Both the position numbers and the translations under genes were made by a program. 64,000 nucleotides of DNA from positions 11,349,654 to 11,413,653 of the forward strand of contig CM119266.1 of assembly GCA_051294375.1 (NCBI GenBank), read 5' to 3'. The stretch is from Paraspadella gotoi (taxonomy: Eukaryota > Animalia > Chaetognatha). Below, piece after piece: positions 29,100 to 40,412 of the stretch; position 1 is the first letter of the stretch, and the number at the start of each line of letters is the position of its first letter. Under the pieces are notes generated by a model that did no database searches, was not told the DNA's origin, and was given only the letters and a program-made list of their open reading frames with translations.

Positions 29100-31138
29100 C
29101 ACAAAATTTATTCAAATTCTTTCCAAAGTCTTCGCAATTCCTGTACGCCTTCACAATCTCGTCCAACTTCTTCACGTCTTCTCGGAGCAACAACTTGTCG
29201 AATGCTTCGACAGCCTCGAGCGCTCAAAGCGCATATGGCGCTTGCGTAGTCGTGCCGCGCCGCCGTTCGCACTCGGAACGGCGCCAAACCCCGCAAAACT
29301 GGCGAGAATCTTCTCCTTTCTCACAGTTGCGGCGCACGTACGCGCTCTTCGTAGGCCATCCGGCAGATGTCGTCGGTCGTACTCGGGACCGGCGCTTTCA
29401 GCTCTCTCCAGCGTCAACGCCCCCGCCAGATAAAAGCATTAAGATAGTTTCGATCAATGAAGAGTCGACCGACCAGCGCCGGCTTCCCCGATCTCGTCGC
29501 GAAGAACTTCTTTGTCCTTTGTTTGAAAATCCAAAGCCTTCCAACAAGCGAATCGGCCGCGCCCAGCCGGTCGGGGTCCTGGACGAGCTCTTTCAAACCG
29601 TGCCAGCATAACCGGCGGGTAAGTATTAACGTTGAAACTGACGTTTGGATACAACCGGCGATTGATCGAATTTGGACTGCCGAAGGTCAGGGCGTCGCTA
29701 AGGATTTCGGTTTGTGAAGCGGAGCCACGAGTTGAAGGCGGGATATTCGGTTTGCGGGTTGTGTGAAAGTAGGAAGTGACATGTTCAAGGATATATTGTC
29801 GGAAGGTCGGCAGCGGTCTGGGAGGGAAGTATAAGATGAAAAAAATGTTTGGAAATTTAGTTTTTTAGGATCTTTTAAAACTTTTAAAATTTTCTAACTA
29901 AACTACTTCGATACTTACAAGTAAAAATAAAACATGTTTTACATTACACAATACTTCCAAAATGCGTCATGTATACTACACCTTAAAATAAGTGAAGTAT
30001 CGTAAGAATAACCAACAGGAGTTACTCGTTCGTAAGTTACGCTAGCACAACCAGAAGACTACCCTCATTACGCCACGAACAAGATGAAGTTAATGGCTAA
30101 GAGTTACGCCAGGACGGCAGGAAAAGAGGTGCAGACGAAAAGAGACAGACTGAAGTAGTACCGCCGCGAAGGGATGATAACACTATGTCCCGAGGACGGT
30201 GTAAACACATATAGTAAACGCTGTAAAGGCAGCGAGAAAAACGAATAAAAAATAAAAGTGACACATAAGACAAAAAGATCAGACAATCCGGTGCATACAA
30301 AGAACAAAAAAAAACTACGGACAATACAGATAGACATACCGACAGGCAGACTTTTGAGCTTCAGACCAACCTTGCGGTTCGCAAATGGCCACGCTGCCCT
30401 GGCACATCCTCAAAGGCCTGCAGACATAAAGTGCTGCCCGCATTCGAGCCGGACTCGGCCTAAACGACCACCTTCTTTGTTCTTTGTTTCCGCGCTAGAG
30501 CTACTGTCCAATTCTGTCGCCATATCTTTCAAGATGCGTAAGGGAACGCATGGCGAACTGCTTCCGCGTTGTCTCGGACGGAGTGGATAGGCCGAACACA
30601 CCTCTGATGGTAGACGTCCCCACCCTAGGGTATGTGAAGAAATCGTATCATTATTCATGCTATAATCAGAAACATGAACCAATAACTACGGAACTCATCT
30701 AATCCGCTGTTCCATACTAACTTTAAGCATACATATACAATTTTTGCCATGTCTTTGATTAGAAATTAAAAAATTACTATATAAAACTAAACTCGCCCCA
30801 TAAGTTGTCTCTGGTGGCCGTCGTCCCGTACGAACATCGCCTCCTTCTTGCGTCAGATTGGTACAAATGCACGGCGGATCTGACCACACGAACGTTCGCG
30901 CGTCCTCATACCGCGCATGGACCATGAGACATTGTTTCCTTGCACGGAGCCGACGTACTTCGCGGATCTTGAAACCTCCATAGTACGGCGACGCACTTCA
31001 AACCAAGGCCGTCGAGGCGGTTGTTTCGAAAGAAATGCGAGCATATGAGGTCCAACGCCAAAGAGTCTGAGCGGCAAGAAGGACCGAGAAGTCGGACGAG
31101 GGAAGCGGAAGACCGTTGACCAGATGTCCCTCGGCCAT
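29100..31138 (-). CDS. Sulfotransferase-like P-loop protein, copy 1 (many apparent frameshifts; error-rich sequence or pseudogene)
   Basis: Colinear and highly similar to 45684-47700. ATG at 31138 (MAEG), the VHARYEDARTFVWSDP segment, an ARxGSTF region near 30430-30460, AICEPQ...LKLKSLP|GTATGT, and last-exon QTKDKKFFATRSGKPALVGRLFID. Confidence 0.65.
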
Positions 31139-33090
31139 TGGAGTTTTCTTCTATAAACGGATTTAGTTTATCGGAAATAAAAGTGTGATAACCTTTAAAT
31201 AAATCCTTGAGTTTAGGTTTTACCGAAATGAATGATATAAACTATGTACGTTATTCAATTCGAATCAACGACTTAAATATCCTTTCCTGGAGAACAACAC
31301 TTTTTCTTAAATAAAGTCATACACGGATAAACGACAGATTTAAGAAACTCCGTCCAGTGTGAATCTTATCTGTGTCCGGCCGAATGAAAGGGAAGCGAAC
31401 AACGAGGTTTATATTATTTAATACAGCAGAGTTACGATTATTATCACCATTATAATTTTTCATACTAACTTATGAATTTAATCCTTAGATAAATTGGTCA
31501 CTATTACTTTGCCAATACCCACAGATTGACAAAATATTTTGCCGGGTCCAGTTTCGCCACTAATACTTTATATGAATTCCTGGAATAAATTTCAATAAAC
31601 AACTCTCTGCCCTTTTGTACGATATTACCCCAATCTTGTACCCAATTCGATCTGTCATCGTTAAAGTATTTTTTTATTTTTGAATAATTACTTTATCAAA
31701 CGGTATTCCGCATTTAGAAAAAAACATGTTCGTTAAAACTGATTATAATTAAAGAAATAACAATTAAATGAAAGAATCCACAAAGATTTGATGCATCACG
31801 CATAAACGGGGTTAAAACCGAAAGGAATATGCTTAACGTTACCGCGTTGGAATTCGAGAATTTCAGTTCATCTTTGCTTCGTTATAATTTCCCTAATAAT
31901 TTTTTTGTTCGCATACGGATGAATTCAGAGATAAATAAGACCTTTTTCAACTGGTTTATCTGAATTTATGATTATGTCTCCGGGTATGGCGGCACGGAAA
32001 TGAAATGAAACAGTCTTCTATGAAAATCTTTGAGAACAGTATTTAGTTTGTTTTTACTTTCCTTTTTCGATAATCTTGCCTTTTTATCATAAATTTTAGT
32101 ATTCTATTGATACGGACTCCAATATTCTGCTGACAATGGTTTACAGACGGCAACTATACCATTCAACCTTGCTGAAGAAATTAATAGGTACTCTACTCTT
32201 TCATCTCTCTCTTTNNNNNNNNNNNNNNNNNNNNNNNNNGAAAAAATGACAGGCTATTTGGATAATATCCTTGCAGGCGGCTGCGTCGACGGCGGCGGCT
32301 GCGTCGGCTAGGCTGCGGACTGAGGCAGAAACGGACGAAACGAAGAAGAAGAGGAAAACGAAATATTACGGACGTTAATAAAAATTGTACGGAAGATTTG
32401 AACTGTGGACGTTCGATTGTTTAGGTAACGAATAAATAGGTGGCACAGATGGCAGCACCACTGCCCTGTGATGTTTTCACTCTGATGGATTGATTGACTT
32501 TAGTCGATTTTATTCAATCCATATCATTATCTTTCTCTCTTTCTTCACTTACACTCTTTGCCGTATTTTTAGAGTTGTGCCAACTTTTGCATTTTGGTTG
32601 CCTGTCTCTTTTCCATTTAAACCGTATATTTCTGACAAGGCCATTAAATCCCAATATCCTTTAAGTATTATTATTATAAATTATTCTTTATGATAATGTT
32701 ATCATTTAGTTTATCTTCTTTCGTAACAATTCCTTCCTCATTCGGAATAAATTAAAAATCTCTCACCACAACTCACCACTTTTTACAACCACCTTTCATC
32801 CTCCTAACCCCCTCTCCCACCTCCATATACCACCTCCTTCCGCCCCGCCTAACCCCTATTACCCCCCCTCCAACCATCCCGTGGCCTACGGCCACCACCA
32901 GCGTCATAAACTTCTCGCTCCGCTCCAAGATCGACGAGTTCACTTTCCTTCGCCCTTCTTTCGTTCGGCTGGAGACACCTTACCTCCCCGCAAACCCTTA
33001 CCACACACAACGTCACGCGGCACGACGTTGCTGCAGACGCACCAACATCCCTTCAACTTCGGGGAAGACTGGCCGAACGTTCTTTCCCGG

Positions 33091-33458
33091 AGGACGGAGA
33101 TCTGCACGGCGTTTGCTGGGCGGCGGCCGTGCACGATGTAGACCATCCGGGTAGAGAAGAGAGAGAGAGAGGAGAGATTTGAGATGAAGAGAGAGAGAGG
33201 AGAGAGGACAAGAGAGAGAGTGAGACTTTGAAGACGGAGATCTGCAGCGTTGCTGGCGGCCGGCAAGACAATATTATTCCTGTCCCACCGTGCACGATGT
33301 TAGACCATCCGGGTGAGCAGAGAGAGAGAGAGAGAAATGACGAGAGGAGAGAGTCGATAGAGAGAGGGAGAGAGAGAGAGGAAAGAGAGAGACTGAGACG
33401 GAGATCCGCAGGCCGTGCTGGCGGCGCCGGTGCACGAGAGTTAGACCATCCGGGGTTT

Positions 33459-33528
<70 letters not shown>

Positions 33529-33932
33529 TGAGAAGACGAGACGTGATCATTGCGAATCGTGCTGTTTAGCATCAGCGGAACCGGTTGACGAATGTTAGAA
33601 AAATTGCTCGAATATTCTTCGGCGTCGGAGAAACAGGAGAGAGAGAGAGAGGAGAGGAGAGAGAGAGATGAAGGAGAAGAGAGAGATGAGAGAGAGAGAG
33701 ACTGGAGACCGGCGTAGGAGAAGACTGAAGACGGAGCATCTGCACGGCGTTGCTGGCGGCTGGCCGTGCACGAGATAGACCATCCGGGTGAGAGAGAGAA
33801 GAGATGAGAGAGAGACTGAGAGCGAGAGAGAGAGAGAGAGACAGGGCTGGAGAATGAAGGAGAGACTGAAGACGGAGATTCTGCACGGCGCAGCGTTGCT
33901 GGCGGCGCCGTGCACGATGTAGACCATTCCGG
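33091..33932. repeat. Array of five ~60-bp GC-rich hairpin units separated by variable (GA)n tracts
   Basis: Unit (ctga)agacggagatctgcacggcgttgctggcggcggccgtgcacgatgtagaccatccggg at about 33091, 33230, 33394, 33727 and 33866. Internal inverted repeat tgcacggc/gccgtgca. Confidence 0.88.
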
Positions 33933-33992
33933 CGTAGAGACGAGAGAGAGAGAGAGACGAGAGAGAGAGAAGAGAGAGTGAGAGAGAGAGAT

Positions 33993-34025
<33 letters not shown>

Positions 34026-34367
34026 AGAGAGAAATGAGAGAGAGGAACAGAGAGAAGAGAGAGAGGAGAATGAGAGAGAGAGAGATGAGAGAGGAGGCAA
34101 GAGTTGACTTTCCCTCCACTAATCTCGTCGCTGATTCGTCCAGCCGCGACTCAGCGCGGACTTCCTCGGCGGCGGAGTAAGTCCGCTCCTGATCGCTCGT
34201 CTTGCCGCGAAGGAAGAGGATTCTCTTCCTCTCTTCTCTCTCTCTCTCTCCTTCGCTTCCTTCTTTCGCGCGTCTTTCTCACGAATTTCGGGAGAAATTT
34301 ATTATTTCTCATGAAAAATCAATGTCAATAGGTAAATAGAAATAAAAAAATAAAAATAAAATGGCAT

Positions 34368-34516
34368 AATTTTACTTTTACCGACGGGAGTAGTTAGGAT
34401 TAGAAGGGTTTATGGTTAGGGTAATTCGGTGATAATTTTTAAAAAATGTTTAAATAAATATTTTAAGTAGTTTTTCAAAAAACGCCAAAACCCCGGTCGG
34501 CGAAAGTAAAATTTTA
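34368..34516. mobile_element. ~150-bp MITE-like element with imperfect ~22-bp terminal inverted repeats
   Basis: aattttacttttaccgacggg ... ccccggtcggcgaaagtaaaatt, enclosing degenerate ttaggn repeats (gttaggattag...ggttagggt). Confidence 0.55.
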
Positions 34517-36544
34517 ACAATAAAATTATCGAATTTTTTTCATAATTTTTAATTTTGTATTATTATTTTACTTTGGTTCGTCATCGTCAGTCTGGTTCAA
34601 GTTTAACTTTGTCTTTTGTCTGGGAATGATGACAGTGTTTAGAGAGGTCGCGTTCGATCACACTGCTCGCTTATGCGGGCCAAAAGTAAAACAAATGTTC
34701 CTTCAATAATGTCTCTCCAGACTTACCATTTACTACAGTTATACATAAATTAAAGGTGAAAAAAAAGACCACAAAAAAATGCTTCAATTATAAATACATT
34801 TCACTGCTCTTCAATAAATTATATTTTCATACGGATTTGAGACTTTAAAAAAGATAAACCTTATAAACCATCTTGATGAGGTTAAAAGATTGTTTATCAA
34901 ATTGAAATTATCATATTGTGTTGGGAAGCATATTTTACTATATATGCTTTATTCTTTTTTCACTATAAAAAAATTAGCTAAAGAATGCATTACCACTTAT
35001 AAAAGAAATTTCTGCAGGTATCTCAACTTAAAAATATTCATCCTTCCTCAAGAATATTTTTTTAAGTTTTTATTTTAGATGTGATTATTGTAACCTTGAT
35101 CCTCATCCTCCTCTTCCCATCCCTCTTCCGAGGAGCCGTACCTTTTTTTAGTCCAGTCTTCGCGAGCCTCGAGTTCTACTAACTTCCTTTTTTTCTAATA
35201 CTATTCCGGCCTGGGACTTTTCCTCAATAAACATTATCGTCGCGATATACGTCTTCTTCTTCAGGTAACATTTTTTTTGCGTGTTCTTTTGCTTGGTTTT
35301 CGTCGGGCTTACCACTTTGGTAAATGACTTAGCAGGAATTTAAAGAAGAAAATAAGAATACGTTTCATGAATTTTTTTACAACATGTAATGATAAAAATC
35401 ATTTTCAGAGAGAAAAACGACAATAACAAAAAGAGAAAAGACAATAGTAAAAATAACAATAAGAGTCGAAACGAATCTAGTGGTCAGTTAACTATTTGAC
35501 CTTGTTGTCACCAAACATTGTAACATTTAAAAAGCACGAGAAAATAATAAAAAATAGAAAAGCAAAAACTTAGAGAGAGAGAGAAAAAAGAGCCTGAGCG
35601 GTATTTTCGCGGATCTTTCGCACCCTAGACCCGCGACAAATCGACCGTCGGTAGAGAAAGGAAGAGGATCTCGCTCATTATTCGAGAGTCACCGACGCGG
35701 ATGACCTCCGACCTTCGACCGGCGGTAAGAAGAGTGAAGGAGCGGAAGGAGAGGGAAGCCTTTTGGCGCCCGCCGGCTCGGTCGATTGTCGACCAACCCC
35801 ATGAGAGAGAGAGAGAGATGAGAACGAGCAGAGAGAAGAGAAAATCATTGACGCATTGTGTCCTTGAAAACGCGTTTTTAGCCACGAATTAAAAAAAAAG
35901 CATTTTTTTTAAAAAAAATGCCGGTTGAGGTCTCCACGGGTCATCGCGAACCGCGCATCGCTTCGAAATTGCGCCGTTGACTTTGCACCGCGCCCCCTCT
36001 CTCCTTTTTTTTCTATTTTTACGCGTCGGACAGAGGGCGGTTTTATCGAGAGCGACTAATCCAGAGAGCTCCGTTCGCTTTCGGTCGCAAAAGTGGGCGC
36101 GGCTAAACGGAAACGCGCGGCGCCATCTCGTTCCTTCTCGCCCGCGCGACCCAAAACTTCCTTTGTTATTCCGGGTTTTTTTTTCTGGTTGGGGCGAATA
36201 ATTCATTCGGCGAAACTCTCGCCTCATAACTTCCTAGAGCCGTGGGGGTAAGGGGACTATGCTGGGCACGAGTGATACCAAATGGACTAAATTTCCGGAT
36301 AAATCCTCTTTTTAAGCAAAAACAACTTTTTCTCATATGCTGATTATCATATGAAGCCCTCTGAAGTTGTTGGAAAAGTTCAAAATGTTTAAGATTGTTT
36401 GAAAAAAATATGGGAGAACAAAATTCATTAACCAACAAATTTGGTTCTTAAGAAATTAATTGATGGTAGATTGAACGAATTTGAATTTTAATAAATTTGA
36501 ACATTATGCGTTACCATCCCTTTTCTTTTTCCAGTTTTTCGATA

Positions 36545-37128
36545 TAGGTATTAGAGACAGCAAAGAATTTTGAATTAACAACGATTTTTTATTAAGTAGT
36601 TGACAGTGTTCGCTTGCTTATTCAAGCCTTCATCAGCAATATCATTCTAATTAATAAATTTTGTTGCAAAAGTAAAGAGTGTGAGAGATGAGAGAGAGAG
36701 AGGATGAGGTAAAAGTATTTTCCAACAAAGGTGGTGAGACAGAAATATTGCGTCAGATGTGAGACCAGATTGAAGGCTAGGACAGATTTGAGTGAGTGCC
36801 TGAAAAGAAGTGAAACTTGTTAAAGAGAGAGACGAGAGAGAGAGAGAGAGGATGAGAGAGAGAGAATGTAGAATACTAAAAAAACAAACAGAGATATAAT
36901 TACAATAATAAAGAACATTTTTGCAATGTACAACAAGATTAATAAAGGAGTTTGAAAAAACTAACATTGGGAGAAAAATTTTAATCATTTAACATAAGTG
37001 AATAAATGAAGTAATTAGCTAAGGGCATAGTTAAGTGAAAATGAAATATAAGAAAAGAAAGTAGTTTTTAGTGTAGCTTATAATTAAGAGATAAGATAAG
37101 TTGAAATTCAAGGAAAGAAAGAGCTCAA
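36545..37128 (-). repeat. Left (inverted) pseudo-LTR of the PLE
   Basis: gttgaaattcaaggaaagaaagagctcaa matches the reverse complement of ttgagctcttcttttccttgaattcac (39846 onward). catttttgcaatgtacaac pairs with gttgtacattgcaaaaatg, and cagatgtgag with ctcacatctg. Similarity runs throughout, with indel noise. Confidence 0.88.
36598..36642 (-). ncRNA. Minimal hammerhead ribozyme motif in the inverted pLTR
   Basis: Reverse complement reads atattg CTGATGA aggcttgaataagcaagc GAAC actgtc aact. It occupies the same position in the pLTR as the 40312 copy. Confidence 0.6.
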
Positions 37129-39845
37129 GGATGAGCTATAAATCTCAGTGGCTGATGAAGATATTCATTGTTACGTAAGGCTTTGTCCTCTTCTGTTCCC
37201 AATCGCCTTTCAAAATTCCCGCTAATTTGCCTCATTGTCGCGAGTTGAATACCCAGCGAGCGAGACTCCTGATCCAATGCAAGCCCTGAAGCGGCATGGC
37301 AACCCTTCGGGCGGCGGCGGCGCGGTGTGCTCAATGCCAGTACAGAGCTCCCCCCCCGCCAAATGTCAACGCGGTTTTAAAGGGTGGGAGCGCAAGGCCA
37401 TTGACCTCACTTCAAGCGCAGATCAGGCCATCATGGTTCATCCCGCTGGATAGAGGGGAGAGCTCCAGGGTAATCATGCGACGCCCATGATTACAAAGAC
37501 AAGGTACGAAAAATGTTGGCCAGATCCAAACGATCATCCCTCCTGCCAAAGGACCCACACCCTTAACCTACGAGGGCTCGGATCCAGACCGTGGGTGACG
37601 TGAGAGACGAATACTGAATACGCTCCCCGTTCAGTATTTCACAGATCAATCCTGACTCAACGCAGGCCTCCTTTGTTCTTCGGTCAGCCGAAGGACATAA
37701 GCCCGATTTACCATACGCCGATCGTTTCAGCCCGCAATTCCATTTCAAGGAATGTGTCGAAGGAAGTTGGGTCGGGCATACTCACTCCGTTGTCGAACCA
37801 ACACCACCTCAGAAATTCTCTTGCATCTGACAGAAAAGTTTGCATGAGGACTGCACAAAGTGCCCGATACTCATCTCTTGTTCTCGTGGCGATTCTACAA
37901 GCATTGGTTTACGAACATTCCCCCAAAGACTTGGCGTTAGCTTCCGCAGAGCGCCCTTTGGGGAAGATCCTGGTCTATTGCCACGAGCGTTACGCCAATC
38001 CAATTTGGATTGATATCATGCGCATTTGCTTGCCGGAGTCTGGACCTGAACTGGCGTAACTTCAGGTTCGATGGACTAATATTATGGGCCAGACCTGGTG
38101 GCTAGGGTATGGGCAATTATCACGTCAAAGTCCTTCTAGCAGAAATTTATTAATATGGAGGACTATTGAGGTGGAAGCTTTTGCCCTCTTTAAGTCGTGA
38201 TTGTTGCATGGTGACGCAGAAGTCAGTCCTCTTCTGGATATCGTTTTAAAGCAGACCGATACCATTCTGGCTGCTGCGCAAGACCTCATTTGAGGAATCC
38301 TACTAATTACCAACCTGAAGATCAGCATCCATGTGCTGGATCAATGTGGACATGCCTGAGAGGGAGGTAATGGGTCAATTCCCAATGCTCGAGTGTGTTG
38401 ATTCAACCGCAAAGAGGGCGGCTCATTGAATTCTCGAGTATATTCGCAAACCGACCACACCGCGTGACCATACATTCCCTTCATCTCACATGCTCCTTGT
38501 CTCACAAGCTCGCCACGCGTCGATCCGCTACCAGGAGAAGCTGCACTGATTCGTCGACCTCCGAGCTCAGGCCGCGAGCTTGAGCACATCAAAAGAGCCT
38601 TGCGTATTCAGAATGGCTACCCATTGTGCGGCCTTCGAGAAGGCTATAGGTTTTATCGCCGCGCCTGCGGCTGAGGACAGTTGGCCAACCAGGGGCTGTC
38701 CAAGTAACCGCTGACGCAGCAGGTTCTACCTCCACCCCCCAGGAGGCCAGAAACGGGAGCTTGCTGCCTGCAAGAGGCGACCGCGCCCACCACAGCGCAA
38801 AGTGGAAGATAAGCAGAAGCCGCCCAAGGAACGTGGGTCCACTTGTCCCTCCACCTACACCAGGGGATCACTGAAGCTTTGGTTGCCGCGTGCTGCAAAG
38901 CAGGAGATCTCACTTCAGTGCACGGCCCGCGGCTCCCTTACCGTGAGCAATTGGTGTGAAACCGAATAATAAAATCCCCAGGACCGAAAAACATCATGAG
39001 CCGTCTACGCGGCGGCGCCTGTCAGGGGTGGGGGGCAACCAATCCTGGTGCGAGCAGCATACGGGGAGAGACATGGAAAGCTCTCTGACAGAGTCGATGT
39101 CCTGAACAACAACCAAAAAAACCTTACCGTGACGCCCAGAGGTCACGTATTTTGTCCGCAATTAGCTTGAACATCAGCAGACACAGGCCATCTGTTCAGG
39201 GAATTCAGACTGCTCGTGCTTTGTCCCATGACTCCGAACTGGTTCTCAAGAGGTATTAGAGAGGCAATATACATCAAAGCCCTCTTCGAGCCCTCTTCTT
39301 GCAACACGATGATGGAGGACGTTTCGATCTCCCTCCAAGCTAATGATTCGCCTTATCAAAAGCGTGGTGGAAGCCAACCGCCGCCCACCACGCTCCGCAC
39401 CAATGACTCCCCTATCTCCCACTCAAGAGACAGGCAGGAGACCCTTGCCGCAGGCAATGGGCAAACGATGCTCTCTCCCTCTTATGCAGCAACTTCAGTC
39501 CCTCCCGTCTGCGGACTGCAGCGGCGGCCCAAAGCGTACGCGGACTTTCAGGAGGAGGTGCAGAGGAGTCCGTCACTCCTTGTCACAAAAAGTCGGCAAG
39601 AACGGAAACCGCCCACCTCGTCAAGGCAGGCGAGGAGAGGGCAGCCGGCAAGGCGTATCAGGCCAAAGAACATAAGAGTAGCCCTGCGGTTAATCTAATT
39701 CCGCAAGATCGCTTTTCCCAATCCCATTTATCATCAGTTTCGGTTCATACTCTCCTTCTCAGCCACTGACCACGCCAATGGACCCGTCATCATCGTCCTT
39801 GATCCTTCATTTGCCATAAAACCAAGCGCTGGGCCAGCCTCACTT

Positions 39846-40412
39846 TTGAGCTCTTCTTTTCCTTGAATTCACTTTCTTAATCTCTTAATTTATCAAAATA
39901 AAACAAAAACCTACTTTTCTTTCAATATTTTCTATTTTCACTTCTAAACTTCCCTTAGCTATCATACTTATTTATTCACTAGTTAAACTAGTTAAATTTC
40001 TCCAATTGTTAGTTTTTTCAAACTTCCTTTATCTTTGGTTGTACATTGCAAAAATGTATCTTTATTATTTATTTATCTGCTGTTCGTTTTAGTTTCTCTT
40101 CTCTCCTCTCTTCTCTCACTCTCTCTCTCTCTTTAACAAGTTCACTCTTTTCACAACTTCACTCAATCTGTCCTCTACCTCAACTGTCCTCACATCTGAC
40201 CACTATTCTGTCTCACACTTTTGTTGCGAAAAACTTTCTACCCTCTCTCTCTTTCTCTCTCTCTCTCTCACACTCTTCTTTTTGACAACAAATTTTATTA
40301 CTTGAAATATCATATGCTGATGAAGCTGTGAATAAACAAGCCGAACCATGTCCAACTTATATAATAAAAATGTTTGTTCAAATTCAAAATTCCTTGCTTT
40401 CTCTTAATACAT
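39846..40412 (+). repeat. Right pseudo-LTR / 3' repeat of the PLE
   Basis: Inverted copy of 36545-37128. Contains CT tracts, a hammerhead motif and a downstream AATAAA (~40363). Confidence 0.88.
40312..40357 (+). ncRNA. Minimal hammerhead ribozyme motif in the PLE pLTR (error-containing copy)
   Basis: atatg CTGATGA agctgtgaataaacaagcc GAAC CATGTC caac. Consensus with the left copy gives ttg-CUGAUGA-a-GGCUUG(loop)CAAGCC-GAA(A)C-AU-GUC-caa. Neither pLTR copy shows a full GAAA as assembled; it is inferred from the 49446 copy. Confidence 0.65.

Larger units (their letters stand above)
23843..31795. repeat. ~8 kb duplicated block, copy A (copy B = about 35905-36257 plus 41034-48345)
   Basis: Continuous colinear similarity from aaaaatgccggttgaggtctccacggg (23843/35915) to gaaagaatccac (31775/48330). 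Differences are mostly 1-nt indels. Confidence 0.95.
36545..40412 (+). mobile_element. Penelope-like retroelement (PLE): 5'-truncated RT-GIY-YIG ORF remnant flanked by ~570-bp inverted pseudo-LTRs
   Basis: Frameshifted + strand fragments occur in PLE order: FFGQPKxHKPDLPxRPIVS (~37675-37730), ALxTNIP (~37900), GxGMGN...LAEIxMED (~38095-38165), GSIPML (~38372), IFRKPTHT...YIPFxSH (~38440-38490), QNGYP (~38610), YxGET (~39060), SAIxEHQ...GH (~39155-39190), NWFSRGIREAIYIK (39237-39278). 36545-37128 is the reverse complement of 39846-40412. Confidence 0.88.

Noticed and set aside
29051-29611. Plus-strand 186-aa ORF (and 45638-46171)
   Set aside because: Antisense shadow of the sulfotransferase-like last exon.
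33091-33932. CRISPR array or tandem hammerheads (CTGAAGA in some units)
   Set aside because: Spacers are GA microsatellite, and no GAAA/GUH half of a hammerhead follows the stem.
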